From NCBI GenBank assembly GCA_963749705.1, contig CAVVNQ010000018.1, forward strand, positions 32,001 to 96,000: a DNA stretch of 64,000 nt. The letters run 5' to 3'. The stretch is from an uncultured Chloroflexia bacterium. Its GTDB lineage: Bacteria; Chloroflexota; Limnocylindria; Limnocylindrales; CSP1-4. Of this stretch, positions 32,338-42,161 are shown piece after piece (the first letter of the stretch is position 1; each line of letters opens with the position of its first letter). Below the pieces are notes generated by a model. The model saw only the letters and a program-made list of their open reading frames with translations. It did not search any database and was not told the DNA's origin. Made by a program: the position numbers and the translations under genes.

Positions 32338-33618
32338 GTGCGCTCGCCGTTCACTCGCCTCGTCGCCGTCATTGCGCCAGCTCGGCTCGGCGGGAGCTTT
32401 CGCTGGCTGTTCGCGGCGTCGCTCATCAACAACGTCGGCGATGGCGTCGTGCTCGCCGCGGGGCCACTCCTGGTTGCGTCGCAGACGCGCGACCCGTTCC
32501 TCGTCTCGCTCGCGCTGTTCACGGAGTACCTGCCGGTCCTGCTGTTCGCGCTGATCGGCGGGGTCGCCGCGGACCGGTTCAACCGGCAGCGGATGGTGAT
32601 CCTGGCCGACCTCGGGCGTGCGCTGGTCCTGGTAGTGCTCGTGGCGACGATCGTGACCGGGGTCGTGAGCATCGGGATCGTGCTGGCCACGCTGTTCGTG
32701 CTCGGGGCTGCCGAGACGTTTGCCGACTCCGCCAGCAGCACCCTGATCCCGAGCATCGTCGCGCGTGAGGACCTGGGGATCGCGAACGCCCGGATGCAGG
32801 GCGCCTTCGTGCTCGCCAACCAGCTGCTGCTGCCCCCGGTCGGCGCATTCCTGTTCGCCGTCGGACCGGCGCTGCCCTTCTCCGCCAACACCATCTGCTT
32901 CGTGCTCGGAGCATTGCTGATCAGCCGCGTCGTGGTTCCCCGGGGGGCCGTCCGGATCGTTCGCACCGGCGTGCGGTCGGAGCTCGTCGAGGGCATCCGC
33001 TGGCTGCTTGGCCACCCGCCCATGCGGACGCTCGCGCTCACGATCTTTGCGTTCAACGTCACGTTCGGGGCGGCCTGGTCGGTGCTCGTGCTGTACGCGA
33101 GCGATCGGCTGGGCATGAACGAGGTCGGGTTCGGCCTGCTCACGACGGCCGTGGCGCTGGGGGGCCTGATCGGGACCGCCGCCTACGGCAGCCTCGAACG
33201 TCGCTTCTCCCTCGCCGACATCATGCGCGTCGGTCTCCTGATCGAGACGTTCACGCACCTGTCGCTGGCGCTCACGACATCGCCCGAGGTGGCGCTGGCC
33301 GTTCTCGTGGTGTTCGGCGCGCACGCGTTCGTGTGGGGCACGACGTCGACGGTCGTCCGCCAGCGCGCGGTACCCGACGCGGTCCTTGGCCGGGTCGGTG
33401 GCGCGTACCGGGTGGCGATCACGGGCGGCATGGTGATCGGCACGCCGATCGGCGGCCTGTTGGCCACCGTGTACGGGCTGACCGCGCCGTTCTGGTTCGG
33501 GTTCTTCGGGTCGGCGCTGCTCGTGGCGGTCCTGTGGCGCGAGTTCTCGCACATCGTCGATGCGGGCGACGACCCGCCCGCCGAATCCCCGGCCGAGGCC
33601 ACCTCCCCGGCCTCGTGA
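32338..33618 (+). CDS. MFS transporter
   Basis: About 12 TM segments; GVAADRFNRQR; RQRAVPDAVLGRV. GTG lies 7 nt after TATGCT. Confidence 0.88.
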   Translation: MRSPFTRLVAVIAPARLGGSFRWLFAASLINNVGDGVVLAAGPLLVASQTRDPFLVSLALFTEYLPVLLFALIGGVAADRFNRQRMVILADLGRALVLVVLVATIVTGVVSIGIVLATLFVLGAAETFADSASSTLIPSIVAREDLGIANARMQGAFVLANQLLLPPVGAFLFAVGPALPFSANTICFVLGALLISRVVVPRGAVRIVRTGVRSELVEGIRWLLGHPPMRTLALTIFAFNVTFGAAWSVLVLYASDRLGMNEVGFGLLTTAVALGGLIGTAAYGSLERRFSLADIMRVGLLIETFTHLSLALTTSPEVALAVLVVFGAHAFVWGTTSTVVRQRAVPDAVLGRVGGAYRVAITGGMVIGTPIGGLLATVYGLTAPFWFGFFGSALLVAVLWREFSHIVDAGDDPPAESPAEATSPAS

Positions 33619-33686
33619 CAGCTCCCGACCGGGACGCTGGGGTACCATCCGAAACCCTTGCCCAAGACGACACCGCCGTCCGCGTG

Positions 33687-34649
33687 ATGGCCCTCCCGAC
33701 CGCCAACGCCACCGCCCCGACGACCCCCGGGCCGCTCATCCATGCCCGCGGGCTGACCAAGCGATTCGGAGCGTTGACCGCGGTCGACGCGATCGATTTC
33801 GACGTGGCGGCGGGCGAGAGCTTCGGGTTCCTCGGGCCCAACGGCGCGGGCAAGACGAGCGCGATGCGGATGATCGCGTGCGTGTCCCCGGTCACCGACG
33901 GCACCCTCCGGATCCTCGGCCTTGACCCCGCCGTGGACGGGCCGCGGCTGCGTGCCCGGCTGGGCGTGGTGCCCCAGCAGGACACGCTCGATACCGAGCT
34001 GTCCGTTCGCGACAACCTCGTCATCTACGGCCGCTACTTCGGGCTGTCGCGCGACGAGGCGGGCCGGCGGGCGACCGAGCTGCTCGACTTCGCCCAGCTC
34101 GGCGAGCGTGCCAACGACAAGGTGGAGCCGCTGTCGGGCGGCATGAAGCGCCGCCTGACCATCGCCCGCGCGCTGATCAACGAGCCCTCGATCCTGCTGC
34201 TCGACGAGCCGACGACCGGGCTCGACCCGCAGGCGCGGCACCTCCTGTGGGAGCGCCTGTACCGGCTCAAGCAGCGCGGCGTGACCCTGGTCCTGACCAC
34301 CCACTACATGGACGAGGCCGAGCAGCTGTGTGACCGCCTGGTGGTGATGGACAAGGCGCGCATCGCCGCGGAGGGCAGCCCACGCGAGCTGATCGACCGC
34401 TACTCGACCCGCGAGGTGACCGAGATGCGGTTCCCGGTGGGCGTCCAGGAGACGATCGGGGACCGGCTCGCCGGGCTGGGCGATCGCATCGAGCTGCTCC
34501 CCGACCGCGTGCTCGTCTACTCCGATGACGGCGAGGCCGTCGCCGCCGCGGCCCACGAGCGCGGCCTCGAGCCCGAGACGGTGCTCGTCCGTCGCAGCTC
34601 GCTCGAGGACGTGTTCCTGCGGCTGACCGGTCGGAGCCTGGTCGACTGA
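33687..34649 (+). CDS. ABC transporter ATP-binding protein (NodI/DrrA-like)
   Basis: GPNGAGKT, LSGGMKRR, LLLDEPTTGLDPQAR and TTHYMDEAE. Confidence 0.93.
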   Translation: MALPTANATAPTTPGPLIHARGLTKRFGALTAVDAIDFDVAAGESFGFLGPNGAGKTSAMRMIACVSPVTDGTLRILGLDPAVDGPRLRARLGVVPQQDTLDTELSVRDNLVIYGRYFGLSRDEAGRRATELLDFAQLGERANDKVEPLSGGMKRRLTIARALINEPSILLLDEPTTGLDPQARHLLWERLYRLKQRGVTLVLTTHYMDEAEQLCDRLVVMDKARIAAEGSPRELIDRYSTREVTEMRFPVGVQETIGDRLAGLGDRIELLPDRVLVYSDDGEAVAAAAHERGLEPETVLVRRSSLEDVFLRLTGRSLVD

Positions 34650-35497
34650 TGGCCGTTGCGCAGGCGCCGGTGCGATCGATGGCGCCATCCCCGGGCGACG
34701 GCGTCCCGCGCCAGAGCGCGCTCCGCGGCGCGATGGCCGCCTACGAGCACCAGCTGCTGCTGTATCGGCGCACCTGGCGGGGCTCGATCTTCGGCAGCTT
34801 TGCGCAGCCCGTGCTGTTCCTGGTCGCGATGGGCGTCGGGCTCGGGTCGTTCGTGGACCGGGCGGGCAGCGGCGCGCTGGGCGGCGTGCCGTATCTCCAG
34901 TTCCTGGCGCCGGCCCTGCTCGCCTCGACGGTGATGCAGGGCTCGGCGTTCGAGGCCACGTTCCCGGTGCTGGGCGGGTTCCGCTGGAACCGGCGCTATC
35001 ACGCGATGTACGCGACGCCGCTGACGCCGTACGCGATCGCCTTCGGCCAGATCGCCTGGACCGCGACGCGGGCGACGATGGTGGGCTCGATCTTTGCCCT
35101 CGTGATCATCCTGTTCGGCGCTGCGCGCTCGTGGCAGATCCTGCTGGCGATCCCGGTGGGGACGCTGACCGCCCTTGCGTTCGCGGGCCCGATCGCGGCG
35201 TTCATGTCGACCCAGCGCGACACGACGGCGTTCAACGCGATCTGGCGGTTCGGGATCACGCCCCTGTTCCTGTTCTCGGGCACGTTCTTCCCGATCGAGC
35301 AGCTGCCCGAGCAGATCCGCCCGATCGCGTGGCTGCTGCCGCTGTGGCACGGCGTCGACCTCGCGCGGGCGCTGTCGCTGGGGACGGTTGGCGACAACCC
35401 CGCCATCCACGTCGCGCACGTGCTGGTCCTGGGGACGGCGGCCGTGCTCGGCGTGCTCGCGATGTTCGTCATGTTCCGACGGCAGCTCGAGCAATGA
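34649..35497 (+). CDS. ABC-2 permease (NodJ-like)
   Basis: Six-TM pattern; PLFLFSGTFFPI. Confidence 0.9.
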   Translation: MAVAQAPVRSMAPSPGDGVPRQSALRGAMAAYEHQLLLYRRTWRGSIFGSFAQPVLFLVAMGVGLGSFVDRAGSGALGGVPYLQFLAPALLASTVMQGSAFEATFPVLGGFRWNRRYHAMYATPLTPYAIAFGQIAWTATRATMVGSIFALVIILFGAARSWQILLAIPVGTLTALAFAGPIAAFMSTQRDTTAFNAIWRFGITPLFLFSGTFFPIEQLPEQIRPIAWLLPLWHGVDLARALSLGTVGDNPAIHVAHVLVLGTAAVLGVLAMFVMFRRQLEQ

Positions 35498-36303
35498 CGC
35501 AGCTGGCGGCGGCGATGCGCGTGCTCCCGACGGGTCTCGGCACCCGCCGTGCGCTGCTGCTCATCGAGCGCAACGTGTACGTGTACCGGACCGGCTGGAT
35601 GATGATCTTCTCGGGCTTCTTCGAGCCGTTGTTCTACCTGCTCTCGATCGGGCTCGGGATCGGCGGCATGGTGGGCAACCTGACCGGCCCGGACGGCAAC
35701 CCGATCCCGTACGCGCTGTTCGTCGCGCCGGCGCTGCTCGCCTCGGCCTCGATGAACGGCGCGATCGCCGAGTCGACGTTCAACGTGTTCTTCAAGCTCA
35801 ACTACCAGAAGACGTACGACGCGGTGCTCGCGACGCCGCTGGGGACGGGCGATGTGGCGCTGGGCGAGATCGGTTGGGCGGTGATCCGGGCGACGCTGTA
35901 CGCGCTTGGCTTCGTGGTCGTGATCGTGGTCCTGGGTCTCGTCCGCTCGCCGTGGGTCCTGCTCGCGGTGCCCGCGGCGACGCTGCTCGCGTTCGCGTTC
36001 GCGGCGGTCGGGATGGCGGCGACGACGTTCATGCGCAGCTGGCAGGACTTCGACCTCATCCAGCTGGTCGTCCTGCCGCTGTTCCTGTTCAGCGGCACGT
36101 TCTACCCGATCTCGGCCTATCCGGACGGGCTGCGGCTGCTGATCCAGCTGACCCCCCTGTGGCAGGGCGTCGACATGATCCGCGCGCTGGTCACGGGCGT
36201 GGTCGATGCGGGGATCCTGTGGCACGTGGCCTATCTGTCGGCGATGGGGCTCGTGGGGCTGATGGTCGTGGCGCGCCGGCTCGACCGCCTGCTGCTCAAG
36301 TAG
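35494..36303 (+). CDS. ABC-2 permease (NodJ-like), second subunit
   Basis: FSGFFEPLFYLL and PLFLFSGTFYPI; ATGA overlap with the previous gene. Confidence 0.9.
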   Translation: MTQLAAAMRVLPTGLGTRRALLLIERNVYVYRTGWMMIFSGFFEPLFYLLSIGLGIGGMVGNLTGPDGNPIPYALFVAPALLASASMNGAIAESTFNVFFKLNYQKTYDAVLATPLGTGDVALGEIGWAVIRATLYALGFVVVIVVLGLVRSPWVLLAVPAATLLAFAFAAVGMAATTFMRSWQDFDLIQLVVLPLFLFSGTFYPISAYPDGLRLLIQLTPLWQGVDMIRALVTGVVDAGILWHVAYLSAMGLVGLMVVARRLDRLLLK

Positions 36304-36413
36304 CGGCCGCGGGACCCGCTCTCGGCCGCGCTCTCGGCCGCGCGGACGGCGGCCCGCCACGCCGGCCCGATCGTGAACCCGTTGCGACCCGGGGAGTCGC
36401 TACCATCGACGGG

Positions 36414-37178
36414 GTGCCACCGTCCGATCCCTCCCGCCGCGCGCGTGCCGCCCGCGACCTCGAATCGCTCGATGCCGCCATCGTCGGCTGCCGCGCCTGC
36501 CCGCGGCTGGTCGCCTGGCGCGAGGAGCAGGCGCGGGTCAAGGTGGCCCGCTTCCGCGACGAGGACTACTGGGCGCGGCCCCTGCCCGGGTTCGGCGATC
36601 CCGGGGCGCGGATCCTGCTGGTCGGCCTCGCTCCCGCGGCGCACGGCGCCAACCGGACCGGTCGCATGTTCACCGGTGACGCCAGCGGGGACTTCCTGTG
36701 GCGGTCGCTGCACGCGATCGGGCTCGCGGACCGGCCGCAGGGCCGCCGGGCCGGCGACGGGCTGACGCTTCGCGGGATCCGGGTGACCGCCGCCGTCCGG
36801 TGCGCACCGCCGGCCAACCGGCCGACGCCCGCCGAGCAGCTCACCTGCCGTCCGTACCTCGTCCGCGAGCTGGAGCTGCTGCCGTCGGTGCGCGTGATCG
36901 TGCCGCTGGGCGCGATCGGCTGGGATGCGGCGCTGCGGTCGCTGGCGGCGCTCGGACACCCGACGCCCCGGCCGAAGCCGAGGTTCGGGCACGGGGCCGA
37001 GGCGGTCGTCGGGCCGTATGCCATCGTCGGCTCGTACCATCCCAGCCAGCAGAACACGTTCACCGGCCGCCTGACGCCGCCGATGCTGGAGGCGGTGCTC
37101 GTCCGGGCGACGGCCCTGGCCGCCCTCGACGGGCCCGCTCCGCCGCCGGCGTCCACCACCCGAGAGGCACGACCATGA
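36414..37178 (+). CDS. Uracil-DNA glycosylase family 5 (UdgB-like, Fe-S)
   Basis: CRACPRL, GLAPAAHGANRTGRMFTGD, RCAPPANRP and YHPSQQNT. GTG lies 7 nt after TACCAT. Confidence 0.92.
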   Translation: MPPSDPSRRARAARDLESLDAAIVGCRACPRLVAWREEQARVKVARFRDEDYWARPLPGFGDPGARILLVGLAPAAHGANRTGRMFTGDASGDFLWRSLHAIGLADRPQGRRAGDGLTLRGIRVTAAVRCAPPANRPTPAEQLTCRPYLVRELELLPSVRVIVPLGAIGWDAALRSLAALGHPTPRPKPRFGHGAEAVVGPYAIVGSYHPSQQNTFTGRLTPPMLEAVLVRATALAALDGPAPPPASTTREARP

Positions 37179-37795
37179 CCGACCAACCGCCGCCCGGGCG
37201 CACGGTCGACGCCATCGTGTTCGATGTGGGCGAGACGCTGATCGATGAGACGGCGCTGTGGCTCCATGCCGCGGAGCTCGCGGGCGTCCCCGCGTTCACC
37301 CTGATGGGCGTGCTCGGCGGGCTGGCGGCGCGCGGCGAGCCGCACACCCGCGTCTGGGACATCCTGGGCGTCGAGCGCCCGGCGTCCACGTGGGCGCCCG
37401 CGGCGTTCTACCCGGACGCGCTGCCCTGCCTCGCGCGACTGCGCGACCAGGGCTTCATCACCGGCGCCGTGGGCAACACCCCGGTCGAGGCCGAGGCGAT
37501 GCTCCGGCCCCACGTCGACTTCGTCGGGTCCTCGGCCCGTTGGGGCGTGCACAAGCCGGCGCCCGAGTTCTTCGCCCGGATCGCGCACGAGGCGGGTGTC
37601 CCGCCCGGCCGCGTGGCCTACGTCGGCGATCGGGTCGACAACGACATCGAGCCGGCGATCGCGCTGGGGATGGTCGCGGTCCACATCCGGCGCGGACCCT
37701 GGGGGCTCCTGCACGCGCCGCCGCCCGCCGCGTTCGCGATCCGCTCACTGGACGAGCTCCCCTCGATCCTGTCCCAGGCCGCTCGCCTGCGCTGA
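37175..37795 (+). CDS. HAD-family hydrolase
   Basis: FDVGETL, KPAPEFF and YVGDRVDND. Confidence 0.88.
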   Translation: MTDQPPPGRTVDAIVFDVGETLIDETALWLHAAELAGVPAFTLMGVLGGLAARGEPHTRVWDILGVERPASTWAPAAFYPDALPCLARLRDQGFITGAVGNTPVEAEAMLRPHVDFVGSSARWGVHKPAPEFFARIAHEAGVPPGRVAYVGDRVDNDIEPAIALGMVAVHIRRGPWGLLHAPPPAAFAIRSLDELPSILSQAARLR

Positions 37796-37951
37796 CGCAC
37801 GCCGCCGGCCGCGACCGCCGCGCAACGCCCCGCCCGCCTCCATGGTCGGATCGGGGGTCGCGCGATGGAACTGCAAGCCCATCGGGGGTTGGGGTGGGGC
37901 TTGGCGCGACGCGCGTGCGGCGAGGATGCCGGGGTGAACCCATCAGCCCGG

Positions 37952-40900
37952 ATGGGCGTGCTCAGCTCCCATCGCCACGCCCGCCGTCGAGCGGTCTCGC
38001 TCGCCGCGGCCAGGGCGATCCGGAGGCCGGCCGTCAACCGCCGCACGCGCGGCGGATCGCGCCTGCCGCTCGCCATCGCCAGCCTGCTCGGCGTCGTCCT
38101 GCTCGTCGTGTCGGGCGGGCTCGGCGCGCTCGGGGTCACCGCCATCGCGACGGTCGGCTCGCTGTCGAGCGACCTGCCCGACCCGACTCGCCTGGCGGAC
38201 CTGACCTTCGCCCAGCCGACGATCGTGTACGACCGGACGGGCAAGGTCCAGCTGGGCCGGTTCGAGCGCGAGCAGCGCCGGGTCGTCACCTACGACGAGG
38301 TGCCCAAGACGGTCCTCGACGCCACGACGACGGCCGAGGACCGGACGTTCTGGACGAACGACGGCTTCGACCCGGCGGCGATCCTGGCGGCCATCGCCGA
38401 GAACGCATCGGGTGCGTCGGATCGCGGGGCGTCGACGATCACGCAGCAGCTGGTCCGGGCCCGCCTCCTGCCCGACGACGTCGTCGCACCCGGTGCCAAC
38501 CGCTACCTGCGCAAGGCGAAGGAGCTGATCCAGTCGGCCCGCCTGACCCAGGCGTTCCCCGGCGAGGCGGGCAAGCAACAGATCATCACCGCCTACCTCA
38601 ACGAGATCTACTACGGTCACGACGCCTACGGCATCGCCGCCGCGGCCCGGATCTACTTCGGCGTCACCGACCTGAGCAAGCTGACGCCGGCCCAGGCGGC
38701 CCTCCTCGCGGGCCTGCCCAAGTCGCCGTCCAGCTTCGACCCGTTTCGGTTCGCGCAACCCGATGCCGACGGGAAGCTGGTCGTGCCCGAGGACTCGCCG
38801 CCGGTCGTCCGCCGCGACTGGATCCTCCAGCACCTCGGGGAGTCGCGCTGGACCCGGCTGTCTCCCGCCGCGCTCAATGCGGCCCTCGCCGAGCCGGTGG
38901 TGCTCAGCCCGCCGCAGCCCCGGATCTTCAAGGCGCCCCAGTTCACGTGGCAGGTGGAGCGCCAGCTGGTCGGCATCCTGGGTGGCGTGGACAAGCTGGA
39001 GACCGGCGGCTACAAGGTCATCACGTCGCTGGACTGGAACGCCCAGCAGCTGGCGGAGAAGTGGGTCACCGCCGCGGTGATCGCGCCGAACCTCAAGAAG
39101 TCCGCCTCGGGCAAGCTGCTCAAGTCGCTCAAGATCGGCAAGGCCGACCAGGTGTGGATCAACCGGTTGCGCGGCAAGGACGTCCACAACGCCGCCCTCG
39201 TCGCCATCGACTACCGGACCGGCGACGTGGTCGCCTATGTCGGCAGCGCCGGCTACTACCGCGACGACCTGGCCTCCGCCAAGTTCGATCCCAAGTTCGA
39301 CGTCGCCGGTGACGGCTATCGGCAGCCCGGCTCGGCATGGAAGCCGATCGTCTACTCGACGGCCTTCGAGCAGCACGATCTCACGCCCGGCAGCCTGCTC
39401 CTCGACATCACCACCCAGTTCGGCAAGGACTGGACGCCGCGCGACGCCGACCGTCTCGAGCGCGGTCCGGTCCGGGTTCGCCAGGCGCTCCAGTACTCGC
39501 TGAACATCCCGGCCATCCGGGCGCTCGAGCGGACCGGCAACCAGGCCGTCGCCGACGAGGCCCGGAAGCTCGGGATCAACTTCCCGGGCGGCGGCGACCA
39601 GCGGTATCTCCAGGCCGGCCTGGCGGGGGCGATCGGGACGGTGGAGATCCGCCCGCTCGACCTCACGTCGGCCTACGGATCGCTCGCCAACGGCGGCGTC
39701 CACGTCCCGTCGCGGATGATCCTCCAGGTCATCGGGCCCGACGGCAGGGTCGTGTACCAGGCGCCGGACGCCGCCGAGACGGCCAACCAGGCGATGAGCC
39801 CCCAGGCCGCCTGGCTGACGACCGACATCCTGGCCGGCAACACCGATCCAAAGCAGAACCCGATCTGGTCCAAGGTCGTCGAGCTCAAGAACGGACCGAA
39901 GGGCAGCCGCCGGCCCGCCGCCGTGAAGACCGGGACGACGAACGACACCCGCGACCTCGCGACGTACGGCTACGTGGCCCCGCCCGAGGATCCCGCCGCG
40001 CCCGCCTACGCCGTCGGCATCTGGATGGGCAACAGCGATCACTCCCAGCCCCGCGCGGCCGAGGCCGTCATCTCGCTGCAGGGCCCGGCGCCGCTGTGGC
40101 ACGCGTTCGTCCGTGACCTGACCAAGGGCACCCCGGTCGCCAAGTTCGCGCGGCCAAAGGGCGTCGTGCAGGCCAAGATCGACGCCTGGAGCGGCGGCAA
40201 GCCCGGTCCGTGGACCCGCGCCACGGTCAAGGAATGGTTCATCGACGGCACCCAGCCGGGTGCCAAGCACGAGGTCGACCCGGCGGGCATCCTCTACACC
40301 CGCGCGTGCGGCCAGTGGGAGGTCGACCCGGTTGCCGCCGAGCTCGGGCCGAAGGCGTGGGACGCCGATGTCGCCGACTGGGCCCGCCGGGCGCGTGCTG
40401 GTACCGGTCGCGCGGGCAGCCTCGGATCCAGGACCGCGTACTTCTGGGGCGAGCGCTCCTGGGGCGGCCGGATCATCGGACCGTGCCCCAAGCCGAAGCC
40501 CAAGCCGACGCCCTCGCCGTCGCCGCACCCGGGTGGCGGCCACGGGGGCGGCGGTGGAGGCGGTGGGCGGCCACGGTGGCGGGACGCCCTCGCCGACCCC
40601 GACGCCGACCACGGCACCCGCCGCGACGCCGACCACGGCTCCGCGTCGACGACGCGTCCGTCGTTCGGGGCGTGTCCGCTAGCCGCGAGCGGTTCGGGCT
40701 ACCCCGCCGGCGGCGCGCCGATCGGCCGCCTGTCGCAGCCGGAGCAACCGGACGACGGCTGCTTCCTCGGCCGGCGACGGCTCGGACGCACCCTGGCGGG
40801 AGGACCGCGGGCGACCGGTCGTCATGCCGACGTAGCCCGCCGGCGACCGCGGCGTGGTCTCGCTGCAAGGCACCGTCGGGAGAATTCCAGGAGCAAGCCC

Positions 40901-41041
40901 GTGCTCGAGGGACGTCCCCATGCAGCAGCAACAGATGAATCGCGAGACCAGCAGCCCGCCCGACGCCCGGACCGCGGGCAGCGTGCCGGCTCCGACCGCG
41001 CCCCCCGCGCCTCCCGCACCGCCGGTCCGGCCGACCGGTGA
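37952..41041 (+). CDS. Class A penicillin-binding protein (GT51 transglycosylase plus transpeptidase); 3' end probably frameshifted, true stop likely 40682
   Basis: N-terminal TM; AEDRTF, GASTITQQL, RKAKE and YLNEIYYG; SxxK (SAWK), SLN and KTG. Start uncertain (37865-37958). Confidence 0.9.
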   Translation: MGVLSSHRHARRRAVSLAAARAIRRPAVNRRTRGGSRLPLAIASLLGVVLLVVSGGLGALGVTAIATVGSLSSDLPDPTRLADLTFAQPTIVYDRTGKVQLGRFEREQRRVVTYDEVPKTVLDATTTAEDRTFWTNDGFDPAAILAAIAENASGASDRGASTITQQLVRARLLPDDVVAPGANRYLRKAKELIQSARLTQAFPGEAGKQQIITAYLNEIYYGHDAYGIAAAARIYFGVTDLSKLTPAQAALLAGLPKSPSSFDPFRFAQPDADGKLVVPEDSPPVVRRDWILQHLGESRWTRLSPAALNAALAEPVVLSPPQPRIFKAPQFTWQVERQLVGILGGVDKLETGGYKVITSLDWNAQQLAEKWVTAAVIAPNLKKSASGKLLKSLKIGKADQVWINRLRGKDVHNAALVAIDYRTGDVVAYVGSAGYYRDDLASAKFDPKFDVAGDGYRQPGSAWKPIVYSTAFEQHDLTPGSLLLDITTQFGKDWTPRDADRLERGPVRVRQALQYSLNIPAIRALERTGNQAVADEARKLGINFPGGGDQRYLQAGLAGAIGTVEIRPLDLTSAYGSLANGGVHVPSRMILQVIGPDGRVVYQAPDAAETANQAMSPQAAWLTTDILAGNTDPKQNPIWSKVVELKNGPKGSRRPAAVKTGTTNDTRDLATYGYVAPPEDPAAPAYAVGIWMGNSDHSQPRAAEAVISLQGPAPLWHAFVRDLTKGTPVAKFARPKGVVQAKIDAWSGGKPGPWTRATVKEWFIDGTQPGAKHEVDPAGILYTRACGQWEVDPVAAELGPKAWDADVADWARRARAGTGRAGSLGSRTAYFWGERSWGGRIIGPCPKPKPKPTPSPSPHPGGGHGGGGGGGGRPRWRDALADPDADHGTRRDADHGSASTTRPSFGACPLAASGSGYPAGGAPIGRLSQPEQPDDGCFLGRRRLGRTLAGGPRATGRHADVARRRPRRGLAARHRRENSRSKPVLEGRPHAAATDESRDQQPARRPDRGQRAGSDRAPRASRTAGPADR

Positions 41042-42161
41042 TGTGCCCGCACCGCCGGTCCCGCCGGCACACGATGCGCCTGCACCGCCGACACCGCCGG
41101 GCGATGAGCCCACAACCCTCGCTCCGCCGCCGGCCGAGCCCCCGGCAACCGGCATCGCGCCCGCCCCGGGCGCCAGCGAGACGAATTCCGCGATCGTCGT
41201 CCAGGACGTGACCAAGCGCTTCAACGGGTTCGTCGCGGTCGCCGGCATGTCCCTGACCGTGCGACCCGGCACGATCCTCGGCGTCATCGGGCCCTCGGGC
41301 TCGGGCAAGACGACGACCCTGCGGATGATGACCGGCAGCGCCGCGCCGACGAGTGGGCGCGTCCGCGTCCTGGGCGAGGACCCCCGCCACTTCCGGCGGG
41401 CGACCCGCGAGCGGATCGGCTACATGCCCCAGCATTTCGTGCTCTATCCCGACCTGACGGTGAGCGAGAACGTCGACTTCGTCGGCAGCCTGTTCGGCCT
41501 GCTCTGGCTGCGCCGCCGCCGGCGTGTCCGCCAGGTCCTCGAGCTGGTCGACCTGTGGTCCGTCCGGAAGCGCCGTGCGTCCGCCCTGTCGGGCGGCATG
41601 CAGCGCCGTCTCGGGCTGGCCTGCGCGCTGGTCCACGACCCGTCGATGGTCATCCTCGACGAGCCAACCGGCGGCCTCGACCCGCTGCTCCGGCTGGCCA
41701 TCTGGGAGGAGCTCCACCGTCTGAAGGACGCCGGCCGCACGCTCGTCGTCACGACCCAGTACATGGGCGAGGCAGCGGAGTGCGACATGGTGGCCCTGAT
41801 CAGCGAGGGTCGCCTGATCGCCCTGTCCTCGCCGGACGACCTCCGACGCGAAGCCCTCGGCGGCGAGGTCGTCGAGATGGAGACCACGGCGCCGTTCGAC
41901 GGTCGACTCCTCGAGGTCCTGCCCGAGGTCACGTTCGTGCGCCAGACCGGCCCCCGGAACCTGCTGGTCACGGTGGTCGACGCCGCCTCGGCCACCACCG
42001 CGGTGCTGGACGAGGTCGAGGCGAATGGTGGCGACGTCAGGGGCGTCCGCGAATACCGGCCAACGTTCGACGACGTGTTCGCCGCCCTCGTCGGCCGTCA
42101 CCGGGCAGCGCTCAACGGCGATGCCAATCCGGCCGCCGCCGAGCGCGAGGTGGCCGCCTGA
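40920..42161 (+). CDS. ABC transporter ATP-binding protein with a Pro/Ala-rich N-terminal extension
   Basis: GPSGSGKT, LSGGMQRR and ILDEPTGGLD; the H-loop reads TTQYM. Confidence 0.9.
   Translation: MQQQQMNRETSSPPDARTAGSVPAPTAPPAPPAPPVRPTGDVPAPPVPPAHDAPAPPTPPGDEPTTLAPPPAEPPATGIAPAPGASETNSAIVVQDVTKRFNGFVAVAGMSLTVRPGTILGVIGPSGSGKTTTLRMMTGSAAPTSGRVRVLGEDPRHFRRATRERIGYMPQHFVLYPDLTVSENVDFVGSLFGLLWLRRRRRVRQVLELVDLWSVRKRRASALSGGMQRRLGLACALVHDPSMVILDEPTGGLDPLLRLAIWEELHRLKDAGRTLVVTTQYMGEAAECDMVALISEGRLIALSSPDDLRREALGGEVVEMETTAPFDGRLLEVLPEVTFVRQTGPRNLLVTVVDAASATTAVLDEVEANGGDVRGVREYRPTFDDVFAALVGRHRAALNGDANPAAAEREVAA

Noticed and set aside
36317-36340. 12-bp tandem cgctctcggccg x2 after the ABC permease
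   Set aside because: Isolated duplication with no three-box element nearby; probably slippage.
37857-37910. Possible riboswitch upstream of the PBP gene
   Set aside because: Only short GC stems with no recognisable aptamer motif; may lie within coding sequence.
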